Shown here one piece after another: positions 1 through 7,267 of a stretch of 38,278 nucleotides of DNA. The notes beneath the pieces are model-generated. The model saw only the letters and a list, made by a program, of their open reading frames with translations. It did no database searches and was not told where the DNA came from. Numbering within the stretch: position 1 is the first letter of the stretch; each line of letters begins with the position of its first letter. Made by a program: the position numbers and the translations under genes. This DNA is from Candidatus Berkelbacteria bacterium CG06_land_8_20_14_3_00_43_10 (GTDB lineage: Bacteria > Patescibacteriota > UBA1384 > GWA2-35-9 > CG2-30-43-20): positions 1-38,278 of the forward strand of contig PEVO01000026.1 of the NCBI GenBank assembly GCA_002780235.1. Reading direction: 5' to 3'.

Positions 1-458
1 GTCGATGGTCCATATGTCGGTCGGTATGGTTCTGGAGGCGGTGTTCCCATACCGCCCGCTATAGGTATGACTGTATCGCGCGTTAAGCGGTCTGATGGTA
101 ATATTATACCTGCGGGTACCACATCTGGTGCTGGCGTGGGAACGGGGGGTGCGACAACGACAGGAGGTGTCGGAATAGAATCAGGAGTTGGTTTACTCCC
201 AAAATCAAAAGATCCCTCTGCAGGCGGTGTATCCGGGTGCGCACTTTCCGCAATTGTATCTTCTGCTGATTTTAGAACTCCCGCTTTTTCGTCTGGTGCG
301 GGTACATCGGGTACTGTTGGTTTTGGTCCTAAACCAGAAGCTGTTACCATATACGCCAAACCGGCTTTTTCTAGATCAGTCGCAATCGCATCGGGGTGCG
401 GACTCCGCGCAATACGTTCTTCTGCAGATTCGAGAAATCCTGGCTTAGACTCCGCCAT
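1..458 (-). CDS. hypothetical Pro/Ala-rich protein, partial (3-prime end runs off the left window edge)
   Basis: Not in the supplied ORF track because there is no stop in the window. The reverse strand is open for 152 codons from the ATG at 458 (MAESKPGFLESAEERIARSPHPDAIATDLEKAGLAYMVTASGLGPKP...). It has an internal repeat (ESAEERIARSPHPD / KSAEDTIAESAHPD). GGGGAG lies just upstream, and the ATG overlaps the upstream gene's stop (445) by 14 nt. The listed + ORF 67..498 is its low-complexity shadow. Confidence 0.55.
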   Translation of the reverse strand, partial: MAESKPGFLESAEERIARSPHPDAIATDLEKAGLAYMVTASGLGPKPTVPDVPAPDEKAGVLKSAEDTIAESAHPDTPPAEGSFDFGSKPTPDSIPTPPVVVAPPVPTPAPDVVPAGIILPSDRLTRDTVIPIAGGMGTPPPEPYRPTYGPS

Positions 459-810
459 TGCTCCCCTGTGGTTGTGGCTGTTCATCTTTAAGCGATGACA
501 GCATCGTTAGATAATTGTTTTTTTGTAACAATGCTTCTTCTGCGGTAATCTGTTGAATGTTGATGCTTTTATTCTGTAAAAATGCATCAATAGCGGTATC
601 ATCTGCTGATTGGATCAACTGCTGAAAGTGTGTTTTATCAGCATCTTCAAGCAAATCATCGATACGAATCAGAACCTTATCACGCAAACCATCAAGGATC
701 TTCCCCATAAGTGTTTCTTTTTCTTCTTCTGATATGTTTTGCAGACCTGCTAACTCAAAAAAATCGCCCTCTATGAGTTCTTGTGGTGTAAGTAATGCGT
801 CTTGTGCCAT
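445..810 (-). CDS. hypothetical acidic helical protein (121 aa)
   Basis: ORF 445..849, trimmed to MAQDALLTPQELIEG... because AAGGAGGA sits 2 nt upstream of the ATG at 810. The composition is protein-like with no family recognised. The earlier ATG at 849 lies inside the promoter region. Confidence 0.7.
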   Translation of the reverse strand: MAQDALLTPQELIEGDFFELAGLQNISEEEKETLMGKILDGLRDKVLIRIDDLLEDADKTHFQQLIQSADDTAIDAFLQNKSINIQQITAEEALLQKNNYLTMLSSLKDEQPQPQGSNGGV

Positions 811-832
811 TGTCCTCCTTGTATACATCTCA

Positions 833-879
833 ATTATGCGCGTACGCATCTTGACATGTCAAGAGATATATAGTATAGT
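833..879. promoter_or_regulatory. back-to-back divergent promoters sharing a palindromic -35 (TTGACATGTCAA)
   Basis: Plus strand: TTGACA (851-856), N17, TATAGT (874-879), feeding 947..2056. Minus strand: TTGACA (862-857), N18, CATAAT (838-833), feeding 445..810. The 12-bp perfect palindrome at 851-862 supplies both -35 hexamers. Confidence 0.5.
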
Positions 880-946
880 AAGCCGTTACAACTTGTATCA
901 TTTCAAACTCGAATGTGAGGATTTTAGAAAGGGAGGTGGTGCCTTA

Positions 947-2056
947 ATGGCACAGGACAGTCAGGTAATTGTCGGACAATGGTGGTGCGTCGGGTCGTTC
1001 CCGGAGGACCATACACGGACGTATGGTCCCGAGACGGGGAATCTCTGCGACACGCACCAAGGTGTCGACGGTGAGGTGGATTGGTCCATGGCGCCCATGG
1101 AATGGGCGACCGAATGGGTCAAAAACCTTGCCGCAAGATTTGCCGAGCTCGGGCAACGGACCGAGCACTGTAGCGCCTTTGCGCGCAGTACACTGGTTGT
1201 TCCGGAACCCACGTGGGTGCGATTTTGTCTGGAATATGATGACGCGCTCCGTATGTGGGTAAACGGTACTTTGCTCTACGAAGGGCTCGATTACCGATGG
1301 ATCGGGTATGGACAGGATACGGTCGAGATACACCTTCCTAAAGGTGAATCGACGGTTATCCTTCAAGTCCTACAGGGAGAAGAGGCATGGGGATTCACGT
1401 TCGACGTAGAAGCCATCGACGATCCGCCCGTATCCGCAGTAATGATTGACGAACTGGCTCGGGAAAACGAAGAGTTGCGACAGGTACGCGAAGGAGCGCA
1501 GGCGCGGGAACGCGCACTGGGCGATGAGATCGCGGTACTGGAACGGAAACTGGAGGATGCGCACCATCACATCAAGGTGCGCGAGGAAGATGGTCCATCA
1601 TGGGATCTAGTAAATGACTGCATCTACGAACTCTCACGAACCGCGTTGGCGGTTGTTGGGTTCGGTAGGATGCCGGCTAAAGATCAAGAAAAGATTCGCG
1701 ACATCAACAGAGCGTTTCGCAATAACGAGATTGAGGCGGACAGTGTTCGCGACGCCATCATCGAGGCACGGCGTCTCATCAAAGAAGCGGTCCCGTGTAT
1801 TCGGTTTGTCGGCAGATTCGGCTACGGAGAGCGCCAGCAGACAACGCAAAACCCCGCCTACGAACAGGCACTCGTCGAGACCATGGAGATCGCACGCAAG
1901 TGCGGGTACGTCGATGCTGTTAGCGCCGATACAGAAGACATCAACACCTTCGCCCGGCAGTTAGCGACTGCCGAAGCAGCGGACAAGGAACGGGTGAAGA
2001 ACGCGGCACAAATGCTTTTCACCTCAGCAGTAACCAACCTGAAAGCAATTCAGTAA
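947..2056 (+). CDS. hypothetical protein, GC-rich gene 1: N-terminal beta-sandwich-like region, coiled coil, helical C-terminus
   Basis: ORF 734..2056 trimmed to the ATG at 947 (MAQDSQVIVGQWW...), preceded by GGGAGGTGG 7 nt upstream. The motif run VRFCLEYDDALRMWVNGTLLYEG...VILQVLQGEEAWGFTFDV resembles sugar-binding jelly-roll domains. ELARENEELRQVREGAQARERALGDEIAVLERKLEDAHHH is coiled-coil-like. No catalytic motif recognised. Confidence 0.7.
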   Translation: MAQDSQVIVGQWWCVGSFPEDHTRTYGPETGNLCDTHQGVDGEVDWSMAPMEWATEWVKNLAARFAELGQRTEHCSAFARSTLVVPEPTWVRFCLEYDDALRMWVNGTLLYEGLDYRWIGYGQDTVEIHLPKGESTVILQVLQGEEAWGFTFDVEAIDDPPVSAVMIDELARENEELRQVREGAQARERALGDEIAVLERKLEDAHHHIKVREEDGPSWDLVNDCIYELSRTALAVVGFGRMPAKDQEKIRDINRAFRNNEIEADSVRDAIIEARRLIKEAVPCIRFVGRFGYGERQQTTQNPAYEQALVETMEIARKCGYVDAVSADTEDINTFARQLATAEAADKERVKNAAQMLFTSAVTNLKAIQ

Positions 2057-2074
2057 TCGAAAGGAAGTGTATTG

Positions 2075-3418
2075 ATGAGAAGAGGACGGGGTCAGAGGGC
2101 AGAGCGGAGGACGCAACGCTACTCGCAAGAGTGGTACAGGCGTCTATGTCAGTGGAATGAGAACGGGACGGTGCTTCATCTGATGATATCACCGAATTCC
2201 CGTGACCTGGTGTCGCCCTGTATCAACTTGGGCGACATTCAGATTCCTTTACACGCTGCGTGGGGGAAAGCGCCTGTCGGCGCCATGCGGCATGTCAAGC
2301 TATTCCAAACGTCCAGTGGGCAATTCTACTTTGTCCCAGCTGGCGAAAGGCAGGAGGACGGTTCCATCAAGTTCCAAGACGATCTTCTGCCCGATGAGTT
2401 CGACCCGGCGCGTCAGGAAAACTTCCGAGCGCGTCTTTCGAGAGGAAATAATGGTCGTTTTTCCTTCAAACTGGAATCTGGACTCCGGCTGATCCCCTTG
2501 GGCATCGCCCAGTGGATCGAAGCAGGCATTGAAGGATTTGTCGGGAAGGTCATTGACTTGACCGGCTGGCCGAGAGCGACCTCGTTTGTCGTCATTCCCA
2601 AGTTCGGTTTCGACAACATTGGCATGACAGATGCCGTCGGACGCAAGCCGGACGAAAACGTACGGGCCAAGAAAGCACAGGAGCGGGCCATCGCTCACGA
2701 GAAAACTATTGGCATCATCCGCATCGCGGCAGGTGACGACTTTCTGCCAATCGCGGCCACCGTAGTTCTTGGCATCGCTTCTGATGCGAAGCTGACGAGA
2801 GAGATCATCAAATTCGCTTCAAAGCGAAGGATGAAGGAATTGCAGAGCGGCGATGAGTTCGTGGCGACTCCGATTGGTTTGGTAGAGAAAGAACGGATGG
2901 TCACGGCCTGTCAAGATGCCCGTGAACTGCTCTATCACTTGGTCGATCAGGGTGTCGGCTCTTTCGCCGCACAGGCAGATGAAGACGACACCAACGGCGA
3001 CAGGCACGATCAAGAAGCCCCACCCGGGCCCGAGATCATCTCCTGCCAGGTCTGCGGAGAGAAAAACCGGGTTGACTCGAACAAGGGTCCACGAGAACTC
3101 GCCGTTTGCGGAAAGTGCAGGCTTTCTCTCTTCCCCGTAAACCACTGGGCAGAAGAGGTTGCTCTGCAGGCGATCGAAGAGGGCTACCAAGGAAGCAAGA
3201 TCGGTGGCGTAGATGCGCTCGAAGAGTTGCTGCGTGCGAACTTCGACTTCCTCAAACAACTCTCCAACAACGGGAGTCTGAATGAGCGGGCGTCGGTCGG
3301 CGCTGAAAAGCTTGGTTCCACCAAGATCGACGGCAGGCGGGTCGCCACCGCCGCGGAGAAAGTCTGGTGTGTTCGGCTGAAAGCCGATCGCACCAAGCAA
3401 CGCAAACCCGCATCCTAA
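2075..3418 (+). CDS. hypothetical protein, GC-rich gene 2, with C-terminal CxxC-N17-CxxC zinc-ribbon
   Basis: Long ORF 2072..3418. The ATG at 2075 is preferred over the TTG at 2072 because of its spacing to AAGGAAG at 2061-2067. It contains CQVCGEKNRVDSNKGPRELAVCGKC. It shares the elevated GC of the upstream gene and starts 18 nt after it. No family recognised. Confidence 0.7.
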   Translation: MRRGRGQRAERRTQRYSQEWYRRLCQWNENGTVLHLMISPNSRDLVSPCINLGDIQIPLHAAWGKAPVGAMRHVKLFQTSSGQFYFVPAGERQEDGSIKFQDDLLPDEFDPARQENFRARLSRGNNGRFSFKLESGLRLIPLGIAQWIEAGIEGFVGKVIDLTGWPRATSFVVIPKFGFDNIGMTDAVGRKPDENVRAKKAQERAIAHEKTIGIIRIAAGDDFLPIAATVVLGIASDAKLTREIIKFASKRRMKELQSGDEFVATPIGLVEKERMVTACQDARELLYHLVDQGVGSFAAQADEDDTNGDRHDQEAPPGPEIISCQVCGEKNRVDSNKGPRELAVCGKCRLSLFPVNHWAEEVALQAIEEGYQGSKIGGVDALEELLRANFDFLKQLSNNGSLNERASVGAEKLGSTKIDGRRVATAAEKVWCVRLKADRTKQRKPAS

Positions 3419-3569
3419 CCGGAGGTATGCAGGTAAGAACTAATATCCGGAAACGAAACCGCTGAGGTATCAACTCGTCGCTTATGCACGTGTTGTGCCC
3501 CAGCGGTTTTCAGTTATAATCGCTATTCATCAAAAAAATAATATCGATACCGTCAGCGATAGTACCGTC

Positions 3570-3609
3570 TGGGTCTGTCGAAAAATACCATTTTAGCTAT
3601 AAATTGACA
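3570..3609 (+). repeat. copy of a 40-bp intergenic module (TGGGTCTGTCG-N20-AAATTGACA)
   Basis: tgggtctgtcgaaaaataccattttagctataaattgaca matches the reverse complement of 34448..34487 at 36/40 positions. It shares both end motifs with 34322..34363. Confidence 0.6.
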
Positions 3610-3623
3610 GACCCTGTCTCAAC

Positions 3624-3659
3624 ATCACGATCTTTGACAAATTTGACAAAGATCGTGAT
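3624..3659. repeat. 13-bp perfect inverted repeat (hairpin) with 10-nt loop
   Basis: ATCACGATCTTTG (3624-3636) pairs with CAAAGATCGTGAT (3647-3659). The loop and arms contain two TTGACA hexamers (3634-3639 and 3643-3648). Confidence 0.6.
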
Positions 3660-3662
3660 AAA

Positions 3663-3700
3663 TTACACCACTAGTGCGCATATGAACATTAGTGGTGTAA
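3663..3700. promoter_or_regulatory. imperfect second copy of the 36-bp palindrome found at 4383..4418
   Basis: ttacaccactagtgcgcatatgaacattagtggtgtaa has outer arms identical to the 4383 copy, with 3 substitutions in the right inner half (gcgcac to gaacat). Confidence 0.5.
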
Positions 3701-3820
3701 TACCACTCGTTTAATCGAAAGGTGGGCGTAATGTATCAAGAAGCTTGCGTGAACTACACGCAGTAGATATGTGCGCTCATATATTCGAAAAATGCAACTC
3801 AAACCGTGCTATCGCGTTTA

Positions 3821-4372
3821 TTACTTGGTAACACCAAAAATAGTGATAAGCCTTTCTTGCATCGGCACTGTGTCGGTCGACATGTAGATGACATAGGAGG
3901 CGATATCCAAGGAATGTGCAAGAGCAGATATTTCATCAGAGCACTCCCACGGGAAGACCCACAAACTTTTTTGGACCAAACAAAACCCCCATGCTTTAAG
4001 CGTGCGCCGAAACGTATTTCTCTGCGCAGATTTTTCTACTGGAATATCATACGATACCAACCGCCATCGTCCATCCCATGCACCATGAGAAAGAGTGACA
4101 TCATGCACTTTAAACTGTTTCACAAGTGCTTTTCCCTGTGCTGTTAACCGATATTCATGTTCCCAGAGCTCGATAATACCGCCGTGCTCGAGTTGACGAA
4201 TTCTACTGCGTAACCGATACTGCGTGCTGCGTGAGTTGGCGCGCATCGCACGATAGAGTTTATTCCAACTCGACCTCTGGCTATGTGGCGCAATCGCCAC
4301 ATTAAAACCAACAAAACCAAGAGCGATTTGATTAAGCAAAAGTTCGAGTTTAAGCGAACGTCGCAGTGACAT
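3821..4372 (-). CDS. PaaX-like / Cas2-fold winged-helix transcriptional regulator (family common in CPR genomes)
   Basis: ORF 3821..4408 trimmed to MSLRRSLKLELLL... (ATG 4372), because the earlier ATG lies inside the palindrome and -10 region. The C-terminal motif WDGRWRLVSYDIPVEKSAQRNTFRRTLKAWGFCLVQKSLWVFPWEC matches the PaaX C-terminal / Cas2-like pattern WDGKWR..FDIPE..R..R..LK..GF..LQKSV as I remember it. Confidence 0.8.
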   Translation of the reverse strand: MSLRRSLKLELLLNQIALGFVGFNVAIAPHSQRSSWNKLYRAMRANSRSTQYRLRSRIRQLEHGGIIELWEHEYRLTAQGKALVKQFKVHDVTLSHGAWDGRWRLVSYDIPVEKSAQRNTFRRTLKAWGFCLVQKSLWVFPWECSDEISALAHSLDIASYVIYMSTDTVPMQERLITIFGVTK

Positions 4373-4382
4373 AGTATTATTA

Positions 4383-4418
4383 TACACCACTAGTGCGCAT
4401 ATGCGCACTAGTGGTGTA
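4383..4418. promoter_or_regulatory. perfect 36-bp palindrome, candidate operator overlapping the regulator's promoter
   Basis: TACACCACTAGTGCGCATATGCGCACTAGTGGTGTA is its own reverse complement, centred at 4400/4401. On the minus strand a TATAAT -10 (4384-4379) abuts it and ends 6 nt before the ATG at 4372. Confidence 0.6.
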
Positions 4419-4483
4419 ATTGCTTACACGATTCTGAAAAAGAGGTATGTTACACATGGTCTTACAATATTTGATAACGGCAT

Positions 4484-4513
4484 TTGACAACGATTGGTGT
4501 TGCGCCGTATGAT
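4484..4513 (+). promoter_or_regulatory. sigma70-type promoter for 4562..7003 operon
   Basis: TTGACA (4484-4489), N18, TATGAT (4508-4513), about 50 nt upstream of an AAAGGAGGAG Shine-Dalgarno and the ATG at 4562. Confidence 0.5.
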
Positions 4514-4561
4514 AGAGAAGATATAATAATATCATAGATGTTGTGTGTATAAAGGAGGAGT

Positions 4562-6559
4562 ATGACAGGAGGTGGGAACTTGTTTAAAAGTGCAGATCAG
4601 ATGATTAATAATAGCAATCACCCAGAAGGACAAGCTGGAACTCATTTAATTACTACCGAAGATCTCAATACGATGCAAAAAGGTGCAACGAAGCCGCTTG
4701 AAACTGCATTAGGAGTCGCCGATACGCCGGTAACACAGACGGAAACTCTACAACCAACGATCGCATCGACTCCTACTGCTGAAGTTGCTCCACACACAAG
4801 TATTGATGGTGACGATGATCTCATGTTCCCTGGTACGAGAAACTTAGAGGAATCAAATGCAAACGAAGCTAAACCCCTAACATCGCCGACTGTTCCCGGT
4901 GAAACCACGCCTTTTGATGCGTATATCGATACGAAAAATAAGCCAGAAGCTGAACGGACTAATCCAGATATGGGACCACAACTAGCGGCGGAAGTTGTTG
5001 AACTACAAACGAACGGTGGATCAAGAGAAAAGATTAAGGCTATCCGGGATCAGATAGATGCGCTCCTGCAAGAGTCGATTAAACAAGAACGTGCGCAGAA
5101 ACGGGACCAGCGCAGGCAAGAACATGCGCAAGCGGTTGCTGATTTTAAACAAAATGTTGCCGATGGAGTCCACAACAATATCGATGCAGCGAAGGCAAAT
5201 GTCGATCTCGTAACTGGCGGAGTAAAAATGGGCGCAGAAAAGTATCTCATTAATCCACTCGCCAATGCGGGCGACAAGGCAAAAGAAGTTATTGAAATCG
5301 GGAAAGGCTCATTTGCAGAAGCAAAAGCATTTGTAGAAAAATCGCGAGCCGAACGAACGCTTCGCCGTGAAGCGCAACGCATTGCGAATAGAAATGAGGC
5401 GATGAAAGCAAATCTTGCCGAATCTAAACTCATCAAACAGAATATCGATACGTTTACCAAACATATTAAAGAAAATATTGCCGGTCTCCTCCAAGATGGA
5501 ACGCTCAAAAGCTTTATGGACCAATTGAGCCAAGCACAAGAGAATCTCCGCATACGACTCGAACCATACGGCGAGTCGCTCGATGAACATGCAAAACAAA
5601 ATATCCTCGCTGGTCAAGAACGGTTACAGATTAACAGGCGATACACAAAAGAACATCCCGATGGTCCCATTGATACGTTGGCGTCACTCAAAGCTCTGCT
5701 AAAAAGTAAAGTTGAACAACTTAAAGGTGTATTTGCGAGCAAGGACTCAGGGGAAGTAACAAAGTCGGTTGATACTCTCGAAAAAGAGCACGATGAAGAA
5801 CAAAAAAAGGGTATTATGAGTGCCGTGCGCGAACGGTTAACTAAAGCGCGCGAAACGGTCGGTAATTTTATCAAAAACAATAAGGTGAAAACCATTGCGG
5901 CTATCGGGATTGCTATGGGGCTTGTCATGAGTCTGATGCGAACCAGTCCTGATCACAGACCAAATATTATTCGAAATAATGAAACTATAGCCAAAAAAGC
6001 TGACGATCTGGTCCATGGGATGAGGGCACCCCAAGCACCAGATTCAACGCCAACACCAAATGTTGCCCCAACTCCTGCGGACGAACCATCACTGGGTCAG
6101 CACGCCGAAACAGCACCCAAACCTAAAGAAAATCTCACACCGGAAGAAAAAAGCTACCTTGATAAAATTAAAGGGATCTACGATACCATGGTTGCAAAAA
6201 ACCAAGGTAACAATGAGGTGATCGGACATCTGACACGGATTTACGATCAGATAAAAGCGAACCCATCAACCCATGAATGGAGCTTGACGGGGCTTGATGA
6301 GGCACAGTTTAATAATTTTGTGGATAGATATTTTACATACGAAAATATGCCAGCAGGTCCCACAAAAGATGCTGAAAAAAGTGATTTTAAGGAATTACTT
6401 GATCAGCATAATATTAAACTTGGCGGTATTAACGGACCGCTTAAGGCGCCTACCGGGTTCATTGACCCAAGCGCAGGAATGACCAAAGAAAAAGCGCAAC
6501 ATTCTATGAGCGTTGCTAACAATATCGCGCAATACGTACTAAACCCCAATATCGCCTAA
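4562..6559 (+). CDS. hypothetical 665-aa protein, charged coiled-coil-like middle, one predicted TM helix
   Basis: Strong SD (AAAGGAGGAG) before the ATG. It has a long K/E/Q/A-rich helical region and a hydrophobic segment TIAAIGIAMGLVMSLM. No family recognised. Confidence 0.75.
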   Translation: MTGGGNLFKSADQMINNSNHPEGQAGTHLITTEDLNTMQKGATKPLETALGVADTPVTQTETLQPTIASTPTAEVAPHTSIDGDDDLMFPGTRNLEESNANEAKPLTSPTVPGETTPFDAYIDTKNKPEAERTNPDMGPQLAAEVVELQTNGGSREKIKAIRDQIDALLQESIKQERAQKRDQRRQEHAQAVADFKQNVADGVHNNIDAAKANVDLVTGGVKMGAEKYLINPLANAGDKAKEVIEIGKGSFAEAKAFVEKSRAERTLRREAQRIANRNEAMKANLAESKLIKQNIDTFTKHIKENIAGLLQDGTLKSFMDQLSQAQENLRIRLEPYGESLDEHAKQNILAGQERLQINRRYTKEHPDGPIDTLASLKALLKSKVEQLKGVFASKDSGEVTKSVDTLEKEHDEEQKKGIMSAVRERLTKARETVGNFIKNNKVKTIAAIGIAMGLVMSLMRTSPDHRPNIIRNNETIAKKADDLVHGMRAPQAPDSTPTPNVAPTPADEPSLGQHAETAPKPKENLTPEEKSYLDKIKGIYDTMVAKNQGNNEVIGHLTRIYDQIKANPSTHEWSLTGLDEAQFNNFVDRYFTYENMPAGPTKDAEKSDFKELLDQHNIKLGGINGPLKAPTGFIDPSAGMTKEKAQHSMSVANNIAQYVLNPNIA

Positions 6560-6568
6560 GGAGGATCC

Positions 6569-7003
6569 ATGATGACATATGAAGAAGTATTAGATGTAAT
6601 CGCTGAATCGGAGATATCAGACGACGAGCGCACACAGTGGTTAGATCTTTTGCCGGAGCTCGATGATGAACAGCTCAATTCCGTGGGCGAGATGTTCGAA
6701 AAGCAGATCGTAGAAAAAGAAGCGCTCACCCAGCGCCAAGAGTTAGAGTTGCTTGCCATGATTAAAAAAGTAGAAGACGAATCGCAGAAAACTGCAGACA
6801 CACCCAAAGAGGTGAAACCAGAACCGCAGGTATCCCAACCAGATACGTCTACTCCACCAGCTCCCGCTATAGAAACTCCGTCTACGCCCCCTGCACCAAC
6901 AGTTGCACCCGCTCCCACACCGGCACCACCATCGGCACCATTTTCTGTTGACGGCGTGTCTGCATCACAATCTCAACCGACTGCCGCACCGTCCGCTGCG
7001 TAA
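6569..7003 (+). CDS. hypothetical acidic protein with Pro-rich C-terminal tail
   Basis: AAGGAGGA SD sits 3 nt before the ATG, 9 nt after the upstream stop. The N-terminal acidic helical part is followed by PEPQVSQPDTSTPPAPAIETPSTPPAPTVAPAPTPAPP. Confidence 0.65.
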   Translation: MMTYEEVLDVIAESEISDDERTQWLDLLPELDDEQLNSVGEMFEKQIVEKEALTQRQELELLAMIKKVEDESQKTADTPKEVKPEPQVSQPDTSTPPAPAIETPSTPPAPTVAPAPTPAPPSAPFSVDGVSASQSQPTAAPSAA

Positions 7004-7056
7004 CACTGGCGTGCTTGCATATCTCCAGAACCCGTTTGAAAAAACTACTTTTGTGG

Positions 7057-7185
7057 TCATTGCGAGCCTCTCGGCAGGACCGGCGAAGCAATCTGTTTAA
7101 GATCGCCACGGACTGAGTCCTCGCGACGACAAGCGAATCGCCACGTCACGTTCTCTCGCCCGCTCGGGCAATGCTTCGAAGTGAC
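7057..7185. repeat. imperfect palindromic intergenic element (cattgcgagc ... gcgaagcaatc ... gctcgggcaatg)
   Basis: The ends cattgcgagc (7059-7068) and gctcgggcaatg (7162-7173) are inverted. gcgaagcaatc (7083-7093) roughly pairs with gcaatgcttcg (7169-7179). atcgccacg occurs twice (7102-7110 and 7137-7145). It resembles the cattgcgag/gaagcaatc palindromic repeats that yield spurious small ORFs in many environmental genomes (from memory). Confidence 0.45.
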
Positions 7186-7267
7186 ATATGGGTGTTATTA
7201 ATTGGTTTTACTACGCATCCACGCACGTTTGCAAAAACGTGAGTTTTAAGGTATACATAAAGATACT

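Noticed and set aside
67-498. 143-aa + strand ORF rich in Gly/Ala/Ser/Thr
   Set aside because: It is low-complexity and has no SD. It is exactly antisense to a better minus-strand reading frame that continues to the window edge, so I treat it as a shadow ORF.
734-946. N-terminal 71 codons of ORF 734..2056
   Set aside because: This stretch overlaps the divergent gene 445..810 and both promoters. A strong SD precedes the internal ATG at 947, where the GC-rich, protein-like sequence begins.
2819-3400. 193-aa minus-strand ORF (and other antisense ORFs at 944..1366, 2300..2698) inside the GC-rich genes
   Set aside because: Long antisense open frames are expected in GC-rich coding DNA. These have no SD, and their composition (Arg/Pro/Gly-rich) is typical of shadows.
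3456-3509. 9-bp inverted repeat AAACCGCTG / CAGCGGTTT after the GC-rich operon, considered as a terminator
   Set aside because: The 36-nt loop and the lack of a proper U-tract make it a poor intrinsic terminator, so I did not report it as a feature.
3806-4147. 113-aa + ORF antisense to the PaaX-like regulator
   Set aside because: It lies entirely within a well-supported minus-strand gene, has no SD and has an odd composition.
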